The translations under genes were made by a program, and so were the position numbers. The notes beneath the pieces were generated by a model. The model was not told the DNA's origin, did not search any database, and saw only the letters and a program-made list of their open reading frames with translations. DNA of 56,543 bases, filler included, from Fonticula-like sp. SCN 57-25 (taxonomy: Eukaryota), in NCBI GenBank assembly GCA_001724245.1. It is 4 parts of 4 records of this genome, joined end to end, with 100 filler letters (N's around TTAATTAATTAA, not from the genome) between each part and the next. Parts side by side here need not be neighbours in the genome. Positions count along the whole stretch, not along the records: positions 14,279 to 28,403 come from MEDX01000164.1; positions 28,504 to 42,507 come from MEDX01000165.1; 2 more parts are not named here. One strand, written 5' to 3'. Positions 24,601-35,366 of this stretch are shown piece by piece. The first letter of the stretch is position 1; every line of letters starts with the position of its first letter.

Positions 24601-27067
24601 TGCTTGCACCATTGCATCGCGACGCTTGGCCACTTTATGGCCCAGACGATCGACATTAATGTGTCTCTCACGGCCGTCGGCCTCATGTGGAACCTTGCCG
24701 ACTTTACGCGCGGGCACCGCAACCGCCTCAACAAGGAGGCCGCCGCCGCCGCCCCCACCGACGACGACGCAGCAGCAGCGCCTGTGCGTCGCATTTATAT
24801 ATCTTTTTTTTTGCTCACACACTCTGCGTAGACGCTGACGTCGGAAGAAATTGAAGGCCTTTGGGTCGCTCTCCTGCAGCGCCTTGTTTTGATCAGCGCG
24901 GCAGACCGCCCCGAGGTGCGCAACGGCGCGATCCAGATTCTCTTCCGCACGATCAACAGCAACGGTGCCCTCTTTGCGCCGCCCACATGGCACACGTGCC
25001 TGACGCAGGTGCTCGAGCCGTTGCTCGAGTGCGTCCGCGTCGGCGGGCGGCGCCCGGCGTCCGCGTCGGCCTCGTCGCCGCTCACGCCGAGCACGCCGAC
25101 CGTTGGCGCCGCGCCGGGCATCGTCATGCACCACTCGCGCAACACGGTCGAGAAGCAATGGGACGAAAGCCGCGTCATCGCCATGAACGGCGTCGGCAAG
25201 ACGCTCGCGTACGCATGAAGAATAAACGGATTATCGGTGGCTCACAATGGCGGTTTAGTAAGCATCTCTCGGTGCTGCTGCACGTGGTGCCGGCGGACAC
25301 GACCGCCTTTTGGACGGCGTTCATCGGGTACCTCTCTGACTTTGCCCTCAAGGGGTCGCAGGAGGTCGCCGTCGCGTCATTCAAATGGTGCGACCATCCT
25401 TTTTTAGTAGTTTAGCATCTGCTGACACACTGCTCCGCAGTCTTGATGAGCTGCTGTCGGCGTGCCACAAGGACGCTGCTCTGCGCGACGACGCGTCGCT
25501 TGCGCCTATGTGGCGCGCGGCGTGGGCGGCGTGGGAGCGTGTCGGCCTCGCCATCGTCGAGGCGGGGGCGTCGCAGGACGCGCTCGTCGCTTTTGTGCGC
25601 TCTTTCGGCGCTATCCACGACATCCTCGCAGCGTCGTTTGGGATCGCCGACGTTGAAAAGCTGTTTGCTGTGCTGAGGAGCGTGCTTGCGGCGCCGCTCG
25701 GCGACGGAACGCGCGACCAGGACCAGCTCGCGCCGGTGCAGGCAATGGTACTCAAGCAGGTCGACAGGCTCGACCCGCCGCCAACGTCCGCCGATCCCAA
25801 GTCGCCTTCGGCTGTGGCGCCCGCCCCGCCGAAGCAAGTCAATGTGGACCCGGCGGTTCACGCGTTCGTCCTCGGGCAGCTCGCCGTGTTTGCCAAAATG
25901 TCTTGTCAGCATTTGAACTCACCAAGCGGAATGGTGCGCATTTTAGTCGGTGTTGGGGTGTCTGAGACTTTTGTTTATTTTGGGGGCTTTTTCCCATGGT
26001 TTTGGCCTCTTTACTAATTCCGTGCGCAGCCGACGTTTGTTGCGTTCTCGAGCAAGTCGATGGACCGTCTTGTCGAGCTCTTTTCCTCGTCTCTCTCTGA
26101 CGCGTCTCTCTTCACGTCCGACGGCGTCTTTTGTGCGCTCATCGACGCCCTTGCGCTCCCGATGGCGCTTCGGCACGCATGCCCCGGCCCCAAGGCCGCG
26201 CGCCCCGGCGCCTCGTGGCGCACCGCCGTCAAGCTCTTCCTGCTTGCCGCCAAGGCTGGCCTGGCCGCCGTCGAGTCGCTCGACGCCGCCGTCGGTGATG
26301 CCGCACTCGCCGACATTTGGACGCACGTCTTTGCCGCCCTCGAGAGCTGCCTCTTGTTTGGCGCCAGCGGCGACGGCGTCGGCGCCGCTTCAGTGCTCGT
26401 CGGCGACGATAACGATGAAGACGAAGTTTTTGAAATCTCTGTCGTTACGACAGTGCGCGCCGAGATTCTTCCGCTGCTGCACCGCGCCCCCGCCCGCGTC
26501 CAGTCGCACGCCGTCGCATTCTTCCGCTCTGGTGTATACTTTGGCGACGGCGGCGATGTGCTGGCGAGCCCGACGTCAGCGTCGTCGCGCCTCCCGCCGC
26601 CGCGCGAAAAGCTTGCTGCCGCGTGCCTCGAGTCGCTCTACTTTCTCGCGTCCAAGGCGGCGACGAACGGGCTCGCGGCGGGGTCCGTTAAGCACAGCGT
26701 GTACGCGGCGCTTGCGGTGCACGCGGGCGACGCTGTGATGCAGCACGCGGCCGCCGTGCTTCAAGAGTACGTGCTGCTCAGGGCGCAGAGTGGCGCGCTG
26801 CCGCTGCCGCGCATTAAGCAGGGCGAGGTCGCCCTCGTGCTCGGCGAGGCACTCAGGCTGGACTTGCACCCGGCGGCGCTCAGCACGGCGGACGGCGCGA
26901 ACGCGCGCATCGCGGCGCTGCCGTACGCCAACAGGCACCTCTTTTTGCTGTACCCGCACATGGTCAACTGCCTGCTCGTCGCGGACAGGCCGGTACTGTC
27001 CCAGCTACAGGCCGCGCTGAGGAAAATTGGGTCAGAAATGGGGCTCGACGGGGCCGCATGCATATAA
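21644..27067 (+). CDS. MON2: MON2 homolog (Arf-GEF-like endosome/Golgi scaffold), multi-exon
   Basis: N-terminal LQSELNVLGTEAKKK..IKDAA, DIQLKILQTL, VSNTAAATLEQL, CLDQLDKSDTP, INVSLTAVGLMW, DRPEVRNGAIQILFRT and HHSRNTVEKQWDES. C-terminal HLFLLYP. Confidence 0.93.
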
Positions 27068-27375
27068 ATGGAGGGAGGTGTTTGGTTTGTCTCGTTGTTT
27101 AAATAGAATTTTGCTACACGTATTGCGATGAAGCCATGGGCGGTAGAATTACAAAGTAATAGTACAAAAAGGCAATCGAAAATTGCGACAAAACGAAAAG
27201 AATAAATAAAGAAAAGGGTCGATTTCGCTTGAAACTGCCATGATGTGGTGATGTCTATGTCACGTGCTGATGCCAGTGACTCATGCTGATACGCATGCTG
27301 ATGCCAATGAATAACTCATTAACCACACACTGATCACCATGACCCGTTCATGCCTGTTTAATATCGGGTCAGCTT

Positions 27376-28403
27376 TTAGGGCTTTTGCTGGACGGGCGTG
27401 CTGCCACTCAGCGCGCTCCTGGCAGAGTCGATTGCGCCCTGCACCCACGCCCTGACCCCCGCCGGCTTCTGCCCCGCCGCCATCCTCTTTGACAGGAGCG
27501 ACACGGGCAGCGGCAGCTCCGGGGTCACTGAAAACAAAACTATGCCGCGGTATACGCACACGAGCCCGCCGGCGAGGCACGCCGCGACCGCAGGCCACGC
27601 GTCCGCCGCCACGCGGTAAAAGACGAGCGACGAGCAGACGACGAAAAAGTTGTACGCCGCGAAAACGAGCGGAAAAAACTGCGACGACTCAAAAAGAGAA
27701 AGCGCGCGCTGCTTGAGCAGCTCGACGACACAGAGAAGAATGCCGACGATGGCGCAGATAGGGAGAAGTTGCACTACGCCAGACAGATCGCTTAGGGTCG
27801 GCCATGAGGCGATGCCAGTCACGATCTTGGTGCCGAGGAGAGAAAAGGAGCTCATAATGCCAATAACAAAGGCGTGCTCGCGGACATCGCTGCGGCGGCG
27901 GCTCGATGTCGACCACAGCATGTACGCAGCCAGCGCAAATGCAACGCCAAAGTAGCATACAAACAGGGGATCCTGCACGCGACTCATCGCCTCATCGAGC
28001 GTCACGGACGGCGCTTCAGGCGCGGCCTGCAAAAAATCATGGTCAACAACATGGCAGACCGTCAAAGATCACCGTACCAAGAGGAGCATGACCACACCAA
28101 AGACGATGAGCGCGCCGCCAGACATCTTGTTCGCGTGCAACGGCTCGTTCAGCAAATGACTCGAAAGGAACGCATTGCAGATCAGCGCAAGGCTGCCCAG
28201 CGGCGCCACGACGGCTAATTCCATATAATGAGAACCAATTAAAAAGTGCAGAGAGACGGAAGCGTACCAGGGCTCGTGGTGGCCAGCGCGACGAGATTGC
28301 CGCAGATTTCTCCGGCAAAGTGAAGAAACATGGCAAATAGCCATATGGGATCTCTTACGCGCGACTGCTGTATCTTGTTGGCGCGCTCTACGCCATACTT
28401 TTG
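27376..28403 (-). CDS. NIPA-family (DMT superfamily) Mg2+ transporter-like protein, 5'-truncated, divergent
   Basis: VVAPLGSLALICNAFLSSHLLNEPL and later KQRALSLFESSQFFPL resemble NIPA motifs. Multiple TM segments, split by short introns. Confidence 0.65.
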
Positions 28404-28503
28404 NNNNNNNNNNNNNNNNNNNNNNNNNNNNNNNNNNNNNNNNNNNNTTAATTAATTAANNNNNNNNNNNNNNNNNNNNNNNNNNNNNNNNNNNNNNNNN
28501 NNN
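28404..28503. other. Artificial contig-joining linker
   Basis: N44-TTAATTAATTAA-N44. Confidence 0.99.
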
Positions 28504-29004
28504 CTGGTACAGCGTAAAGTGGACCGGCGGCGAGGTCGACGAAACGCGACGCGCCATCGCCACAGGCTTGAACAGCGCGGCGACATGCCCATCGCCCATG
28601 AACTGCACAAACGACCACACGCTCACGGCGCCGGCAACGGCATGCGCCGCGATCATGCGCGCCGCGGGCCACGAAGCAACAACGCGAACGGACGAAAAGA
28701 GAGAGAGGCGCGTGTTGCGACGCACTGCAAACACAACCGTCAACAAAGGGAACGCAAATAAGCGATGCGAACCTGATACGAGGCGGCGGCGCGTGATGCT
28801 CGACACGGTCGTTACGACGACCACGCACACGACGAGCCACGCGAAATCAAGCGACAACGGGTGAAGGAACTTGTCAAACCGAAAGGAGAAAAGGAGCGCA
28901 AGAAGAACGCTCATTGCCGCCGACACGGCGTAGGCGACCGCCGACCGCCGCCGTAGCTCTGCGCGGCACAGCGCGCCGTACGCCGACACCGCTGGAGGCG
29001 GCAT
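28504..29004 (-). CDS. Multi-pass membrane protein, possibly nucleoporin Ndc1 (5' part only)
   Basis: The N-terminus Y..L...LRRR followed by TM helices resembles the start of Ndc1. There is one short intron, and the gene is cut by the contig end. Confidence 0.4.
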
Positions 29005-29398
29005 GATGACGGGGTAGGACAATATTCGCTACCCCGACCATGATGGGGGTAGTTGGATTCGCATACCCAACAGTTGAGGCAGGCCTTGTGTGCCATTGTT
29101 ATCGTGTGCCATATAGCCATACAGTATGCATACCTAGTATTCAACCAGTGCCATACATGCACGCCAAATTGCGTATGTATGACATTAAAGATCCCGGCAG
29201 GCAACCCGATATCCGTATGCTATCTTACAGTACGTGCCGTAGCCAATCAGCTACCTCGCTCAAGGCATATAAACCAATCAGCGATTGTCAGCATAGTGCT
29301 CGTAGCCGATTTTTAGTTCTCCAAGCGGCATGTCCTGCAATGATTCGTACCGGTGATCGTATGGAAAGCCGTAGTTCCTTTTGCCTTTCTTATCAGTC

Positions 29399-30134
29399 AT
29401 GATTCGTGTTTATTGTACCGAAATTTCTGGTCACCGAAAGGTCAGCTATGAGTTTCCCGACGGGTCCTATTGCGCGGATTTGAGGAGGCGCCTGGCCGAG
29501 TGGTGCAAGACTCACGAACATTTTGTTGATGTGCGCGCCAGTTCCTCGTTGTTTCGTTCACTCACTGCTTTTTTTTTTAGGTGTATGTGGACAAACAGAA
29601 ACACCTTCTAGATCCGCACGCACCTCTAGATGACGATGCCAATTTATTATTTTCTGTTCGCCTCCCACAAGATATTGGTGCGCACGTTGCTTTACGTGGA
29701 GCCACTCGACTGATATGTATAGTCAAGATAGAGAATTAGCCCAATTTTTCAAGCAACTCGACATGAACAACAGTCATAACCAGATTGACATTCCTTTTCG
29801 ATTTCCTCGATTCCGCCTTCTCTCTCGCCATGTTGCCCATGACCTCCAAAACAAATCCATCGAACTTCAAGAATTACCTGTTGTCGATAGCAGCTCTGGG
29901 CGCGATGCATCTACGTCTTCTTCTACTTGTACTTCTACTTCTCTTTCAAAACCAAGTATATCGTGCTCCGCCGACCTTGTTTATTACACGGCGCGAAACG
30001 GCTCAAAGTTCCACCTTACGGAGGGATGCTATAGCGCGTTTGACAAGCAATCAGGGCGACCGCCTTCCTGGCTAAAGCACTGTCGTTTTTGTGGTCACAC
30101 GTTCTTAAATTTGATATATTCTCCGGCAAAGTAA
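29399..30134 (+). CDS. Small spliced protein: ubiquitin-like N-terminus plus C-terminal H-x4-C...CxxC (Ada-like) zinc-binding motif
   Basis: ATG at 29399. Introns 29531-29580 and 29678-29727 (both GTGCGC donors, 50 nt) join a beta-grasp-like pattern (MIRVYC...YEFPDGSYCADLRRRLAE...LLFSVRL) to VYYTARNGSKFHLTEGC...LKHCRFCG. Confidence 0.55.
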
Positions 30135-30736
30135 AACGCTATTACGACAAATTGACCATCTGATATGTATTATGTTTGTATCTCACGCCGTGAACAGTAG
30201 TGTATTAATAAATGATATTTACAAAGTGATATTTAGTGGGCACAGTTGGCTGCTCCATACCCGTCAGCCCTGCCCAGTGAAGTGCAACGTTTCGATTCAA
30301 TGTATTCGCTTTTGTTTTTCTAATGAAACCAATCTCCTCATGTTGTACTATAAGGTTTTTGCGTTGCTTCTCAGTAAAACAACGTAATTTTTGCATAAAA
30401 TTCACGATTTACAAAAGGGTCCAATTTTAGTTATGGCTTCTTTCCGGACTATGAGCTTGATTGGTTCGAGTTTGACAAGCTAGACTACTTTATCTCAATA
30501 ACGCAAATAGTCCAATGACCGAACCACGCGTCGCTCTTTTCCCAAAGAAACTATCTTGCTGCGCGTTTCTATTCTTTACGCTTCTCTTTACTTTTTGAAA
30601 CCAAAGCGCAGGCAGCGCGCCGGGAAAGCGACATGAGCTATTTACGCCAATTTCCCCACCATCACGTGATCATGTAAATTTTCATCCAATCGCCGGCGAG
30701 TTGTTTGTCAGCCGCGTGAAGATCACCACGTCGTCG

Positions 30737-31708
30737 ATGTCTGTGGGGCTGATTGCGCGTGCGGGCCTGCGGGTCCCGCGCGCCTCCCTGCTTGGCTCGC
30801 GCTTTATGAGCAGCCACCCTTCAGAGCGGACCGCCGCGGCCGTCCGCCCAAAGGTGACTGTGACCGAACTCGAGCGCAAGCGTGCTGCCGGCGAAAAGAT
30901 CACTGTGCTGACAGCGTACGACTACCCCTCTGCGCTGCTCGTGGAGCGCGCCGGCGCCGATGTCATCCTTGTCGGCGACTCTCTTGCGATGGTCGTTCTT
31001 GGCCAGCCGAACACGACATCCGTGACGATGAACGAGATGCTTCATCATTGCAAGGCGGTCTCGCGCGGCGCCCGGTCGTCGTTCCTCGTCGGGGATCTTC
31101 CCTTTGGGTCGTACCACGCGTCGATCGAGGATGCCGTGCGCAACTCGGTGCGCTTCATCCACGAGGGCCACATGGAGGCCGTGAAGCTGGAGGGCGGCCG
31201 CGAGATGGCGAGCACCGTCAAGGCGATCACGCGCGTCGGCGTCCCCGTCGTCGGCCACATTGGCCTGACGCCGCAGCGCGTGACATCGCTGGGTGGGTAC
31301 CGCGTGCAGGGCAAGTCCGTGCAGGACGCACTCGCGCTCGTCGATGACGCGCTCGCGCTGCAAGATGCAGGGTGCATGGCGCTCGTGCTCGAGTGCATCC
31401 CGCCGCCCGTCGCCGAGGAGGTCACCCGCGCCCTTGATATTCCCACCATTGGCATCGGCGCCGGCGCTGCGTGCTCGGGGCAGGTGCTTGTTATGCACGA
31501 CATGCTCGGGCTCTACGACAGATTCGTACCAAAGTTCTGCAAGCAGTACGCAAAGCTCGACGAGGCGATCGTCGACGCGTTCAAGAGGTACATTGACGAC
31601 GTTGCCACGGGCGCTTTTCCCGCGCAGGAACACACATACGCAATGAAGAAGGAGGCTGTGGAAGAGTTCCGCGAGGCGCTCCACTTTCGCAAGCGTACCG
31701 TAGTCTAG
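30737..31708 (+). CDS. panB: Ketopantoate hydroxymethyltransferase (ECM31/PanB), probably mitochondrial
   Basis: LTAYDYP, ILVGDSL, GDLPFGSY, AVKLEGG, GHIGLTPQ, PTIGIGAG and GQVLVMHDMLG motifs. Arg/Ser-rich presequence. Confidence 0.96.
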   Translation: MSVGLIARAGLRVPRASLLGSRFMSSHPSERTAAAVRPKVTVTELERKRAAGEKITVLTAYDYPSALLVERAGADVILVGDSLAMVVLGQPNTTSVTMNEMLHHCKAVSRGARSSFLVGDLPFGSYHASIEDAVRNSVRFIHEGHMEAVKLEGGREMASTVKAITRVGVPVVGHIGLTPQRVTSLGGYRVQGKSVQDALALVDDALALQDAGCMALVLECIPPPVAEEVTRALDIPTIGIGAGAACSGQVLVMHDMLGLYDRFVPKFCKQYAKLDEAIVDAFKRYIDDVATGAFPAQEHTYAMKKEAVEEFREALHFRKRTVV

Positions 31709-31923
31709 AGCGGCGGCGGAGCGGAATTTCTTAATATTAGTCTCATTGACGCGTGCGACACGCCCGCTGTACAGAGTGCCCCTACTATTGTCTATTCATC
31801 TTTAATCTTTCAGCTGTCTATTACTATCTAAGCGTCATGTTTATGTAAAGTTCAATACATTAAAACACATTTATCATACACGAAAAACAAACATCCAGCA
31901 AACATCATGCGAATGATCAACGG

Positions 31924-32412
31924 CTACTGCCGGTCCACATCCCACCGGCTTTTACGGGCAGCGTCGCGGCCGGGCGACTGACTTTCCGGGCGGCCGCTCG
32001 GCTGCGGAGCTCCTTTCGACACAAACGCGATCGTGGGGTTGGTGGCGGAGGCGCGAGCCTGCGCACGCTCCTTTTCGCGCCGGTCGTCCGTCTCCTGCTG
32101 AAGGCGGTCTGTTTGCGCCATTAGAAACAACAGCAAAAAAGGAACACTATGCGTACTGAGCGCTTCATAGTTGACTTCCTCGCGCAAGGCGGCGGGATCA
32201 TAGCGCTCCTTTGGCAGGTTGGAGCCGTACTCGTCCAGGTTGCACATTTCAACCAGCAGCGAGTAGAGATTCGGATTCCGGAACGACTTTAACTTTACCA
32301 AATGCTGGTTAAAATGTACACGCTTGGCGAGATACTGCGCCACGCGCTCCTGGTGCCCAGGCGCGCATTCGCCCACCGGGGCCGGCGGCAGCGATACGCT
32401 CCGCGCACTCAT
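31924..32412 (-). CDS. SAP30BP: HCNGP-like / SAP30-binding protein
   Basis: LPPAPVGEC, HFNQHL..KSFRNPNLY, DEYGSNLP..YDP and terminal RKSRWD. One probable in-frame intron. Confidence 0.85.
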   Translation of the reverse strand: MSARSVSLPPAPVGECAPGHQERVAQYLAKRVHFNQHLVKLKSFRNPNLYSLLVEMCNLDEYGSNLPKERYDPAALREEVNYEALSTHSVPFLLLFLMAQTDRLQQETDDRREKERAQARASATNPTIAFVSKGAPQPSGRPESQSPGRDAARKSRWDVDRQ

Positions 32413-32522
32413 CGCCAACCTGTCGCCAACGACGCAACGGCGCAAACTGAAAATAGTTTGCATCTAGTTTACATCGTTTGAGGTTGACGGGTTGACAGGC
32501 GGTAGCCGCGATCAGCAACAGG

Positions 32523-34880
32523 ATGCCAAGCGCGGCCGAGCCGACTGCGCAGGAAGTCGCTCGCGCACTGCAAGAGACGCACGACGATATAAAATCATTA
32601 ACCGAGCGTGTTGCAGCTCCGGCGCTTTTGTCGGCGCTGAATGGCGCGGCGGCATCGCTAGCGGGCCGGCGAAGCGATCCCCGCCTAAGCGACAACATGC
32701 AGGTCGCATTTATTGGCCTCCCCGGCGTGGGAAAGTCGACGCTCTTGAACTCATTGCTGCGTCGGTACACTGACGAGACTGCGTCAGCGCCTTTGGTCGC
32801 ATACCCCACCGAGGGCATCTTTGAGGATCTGCTAGCCGTGCCTAGCGCTTCCAGCAGCTCGTCCGGGATCGCGCCTGACATTGACAATCTATTTGGAGGG
32901 GGCGACACGCAGACGTCCTCTGAGGCGTTTAACCGCGCGCAACAGAATGGCTATATCGGTCGCTTTTCGAGCCATTCTCCTCTTTTGTGCAACGCGTGGC
33001 CAGCGACGCACGTACCCGTGCACATTACCACCGGCCCCGAGTGGACTGTGACGATCCGGTACCGGTCAGCCGAAGACGTTCACGCGTCCATTTCGCGCCT
33101 GCGCAACGCTGTGCGCCGCCTTCGCGCTGAAAAGGAGTCGCCCGACATTGGCGACCCGTCTTCGCTGCAGGATGCGCTGGCGAGCGTCGGCCTTTTCCCG
33201 AGTCTGTGCCTCGCCGACGTCGACCCCGAGACGATTGTGCTGCCCGCGCGCACGCGGCAGTGCCTCCGGCCCGGCTACTATGTTGTCCGCCGCCTGAGTA
33301 TCCGATCGCGGCTGAACGCGCTGGCGCACTTTGAGATGGTCCGCGCGCAGCTGCTGCGCCTCACCGTCGGCTTTTGGTCCAACAGCGGCCTCATCGAGGC
33401 CGTCAAGGTTACAATGCCGTCGCGGGCAATGCACGCGGACGGCGTCTTTTTCTCTGACTTTGCCGGCTTTTCTGACACGTTTGCGCGCCGTGCGCGCGAC
33501 TTTGAGCACACCGTCGACGCCGACGCTGCCACCATCGTCGTGCTCGCCGGCGGTCCGCGCGAGTCACTCCTGGAGCGCGCCCGAGCGCCGATCTCTTTCA
33601 TCCCCACATGGGCGGCGCGCCGGCATCGGTCGCTGCCGCTGCTCGTTGTCGAGTTTCACGCGGACGACTCGTCGTACTCGCTGTGGCGCGTGCGGCTGCG
33701 CGACGGGTCACCCTCGGAGCCGATGCTCCTGTGGAGCCGCCTCGCCATCGACGACGCCGCCGCTCGTCTCCGCATCGCCGTCCGACAGTACGCGATTGAC
33801 TGCAGGCGACGCGGCTTGACACAAGTTGTCCGCGATGCTGTCAATGTCGACATTGGCGCGTCACTCGGGCTCGCACACGCGCTCTCGCAGTCGATTGCGC
33901 GACTCGACAACGACGCGCGCCGCCCGGTTGCCGCGTGGGCAGCACAAGCAAACGCCGACGAGGCCGGCATGGCCGTTGCGACATTTTTTGAAAAGCATTA
34001 TATCCTGCATGTCCGGCCGCGGTTTTGCGACCGGGTCGCCGCGACGGCCATGTCAGATGCGCTTCTCCGCGCGTTCGCAGACATTGAAGCGCGCTACTTT
34101 GGCACATGGCCACCACCGATTGGCGGTCTGCTGGGCGACAGCGCCAACACGCAGCTACACGTGCTGTACGGCACGGTCGTGAGGCCGATGGCGCAGGCAC
34201 TCGCGGCCGCGTCGCGCGGGGCAGTGGACTTTATCTCGTCGTGGCTCACAAGCGACGCTGTTGGCCACGTAGGCTCGCTCGTTGCGCCGCTCTTTGAGGC
34301 GGAGCAGGACGGCTGCAGCAGTGCGCTGAGTGGCGCGCAGCACGCTCTGGTGGACACTTTGCGGCGCATCGTGGAAGCGCGCACAAGGGCTTGGGCCGAT
34401 GATATGGCGTTTTCGGTAGAGGAAATCGCACGGGAAGCGGCTGCGCCGCTCGCAAACGCCGTCGCGACGTCATTGGTGCGCGCTCGCTCTGTGTACATTG
34501 CTGCTGACTGTGTATCTCTTAGAGCGCGTCAAGGGAGGACGCAATGGAACGGATGCACAACGCCGTGATGCACGCCCGCGACACAGCGCTCACTCAGAGT
34601 ATGCAACCTTCTTTTCTGATCCCTCCCGCTCACCCTCCCCACAGTGTGCGCACAGGTCGACTACTACGTCGTGGGGGCGGCGCTTCCGTTGCTGGCCGAA
34701 GCCACGCGGCTGCTCGTCGCGCAGTTTCGAGCACTAGTGTTCGAGCTGGCGACAGCAAATGCGACGCAGGAGGACATGTTTGCGCGCAAGCTCGCGCGGT
34801 GCGTCGACAGGAAGCACAGCCGCTTTGCGAATCTGCACGACGCCTTGACGCAGCAGGGCGATCCGTGGTCAAGTGTATAA
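32523..34880 (+). CDS. Divergent dynamin-superfamily GTPase, NUGGC/SLIP-GC-like
   Basis: G1 GLPGVGKS and ATHVP (G2-like), then LIEAVKV...DGVFFSDFAGFSDTFARR, which resembles the NUGGC-type LVDLPGxxDxNxAR G3 block. Long helical C-terminus with two probable introns. Confidence 0.55.
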
Positions 34881-34963
34881 CAGCATGCTGCGCGCGTACG
34901 AAATCGAGGTAATTCAGACGTGTATTAGAAATCATCAGAAAAAAAACACAATATTATGACAAA

Positions 34964-35245
34964 TTAGATGCGGAGACCCGAAATATCCTAAACACAAAAA
35001 TTAGCCAATTTGCCACGCGAAAAAAACGCGCAAAAAGCGCGAGAAAAGAGGCGCACCTGCTGCACGTTGGGTGCGCCGGCGATCTTTGCGTCACGCTCAA
35101 TCATCAAAACGTCGTACTGACGCTTGTTGTACCGCCGCATCTTGCCGTTATTGAGAAGGCGGTGCGACAACGAAAGACCGCCACCCATAGCGCCAATGGC
35201 GGCCACAATGAGCGCGAAGCCCGGCAGCGTCTCCAAAAAGCCCAT
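34964..35245 (-). CDS. NDUFA1: Complex I subunit NDUFA1 (MWFE)
   Basis: FLETLPG, a single TM helix, NNGK.RR and LMIERDAKIAG. Intron 34988-35056, last exon DISGLRI*. Confidence 0.85.
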
Positions 35246-35366
35246 CGCACAGACAGCAAGCGGCAGCGGGCCAAACGAAAAGAACCAAACTGATCCGGAT
35301 CCAGATCAATCTGGATCCATTTCCTCGCCGCCACTCCGCCGCCCAAACGGTCGCGCCTGTGTCACG

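Noticed and set aside
14904-28403. ENA Na+ pump and NIPA-like transporter as part of the metal island
   Set aside because: They lie on a different contig among housekeeping genes, and I saw no GCTGTGGTT array upstream of the ENA gene.
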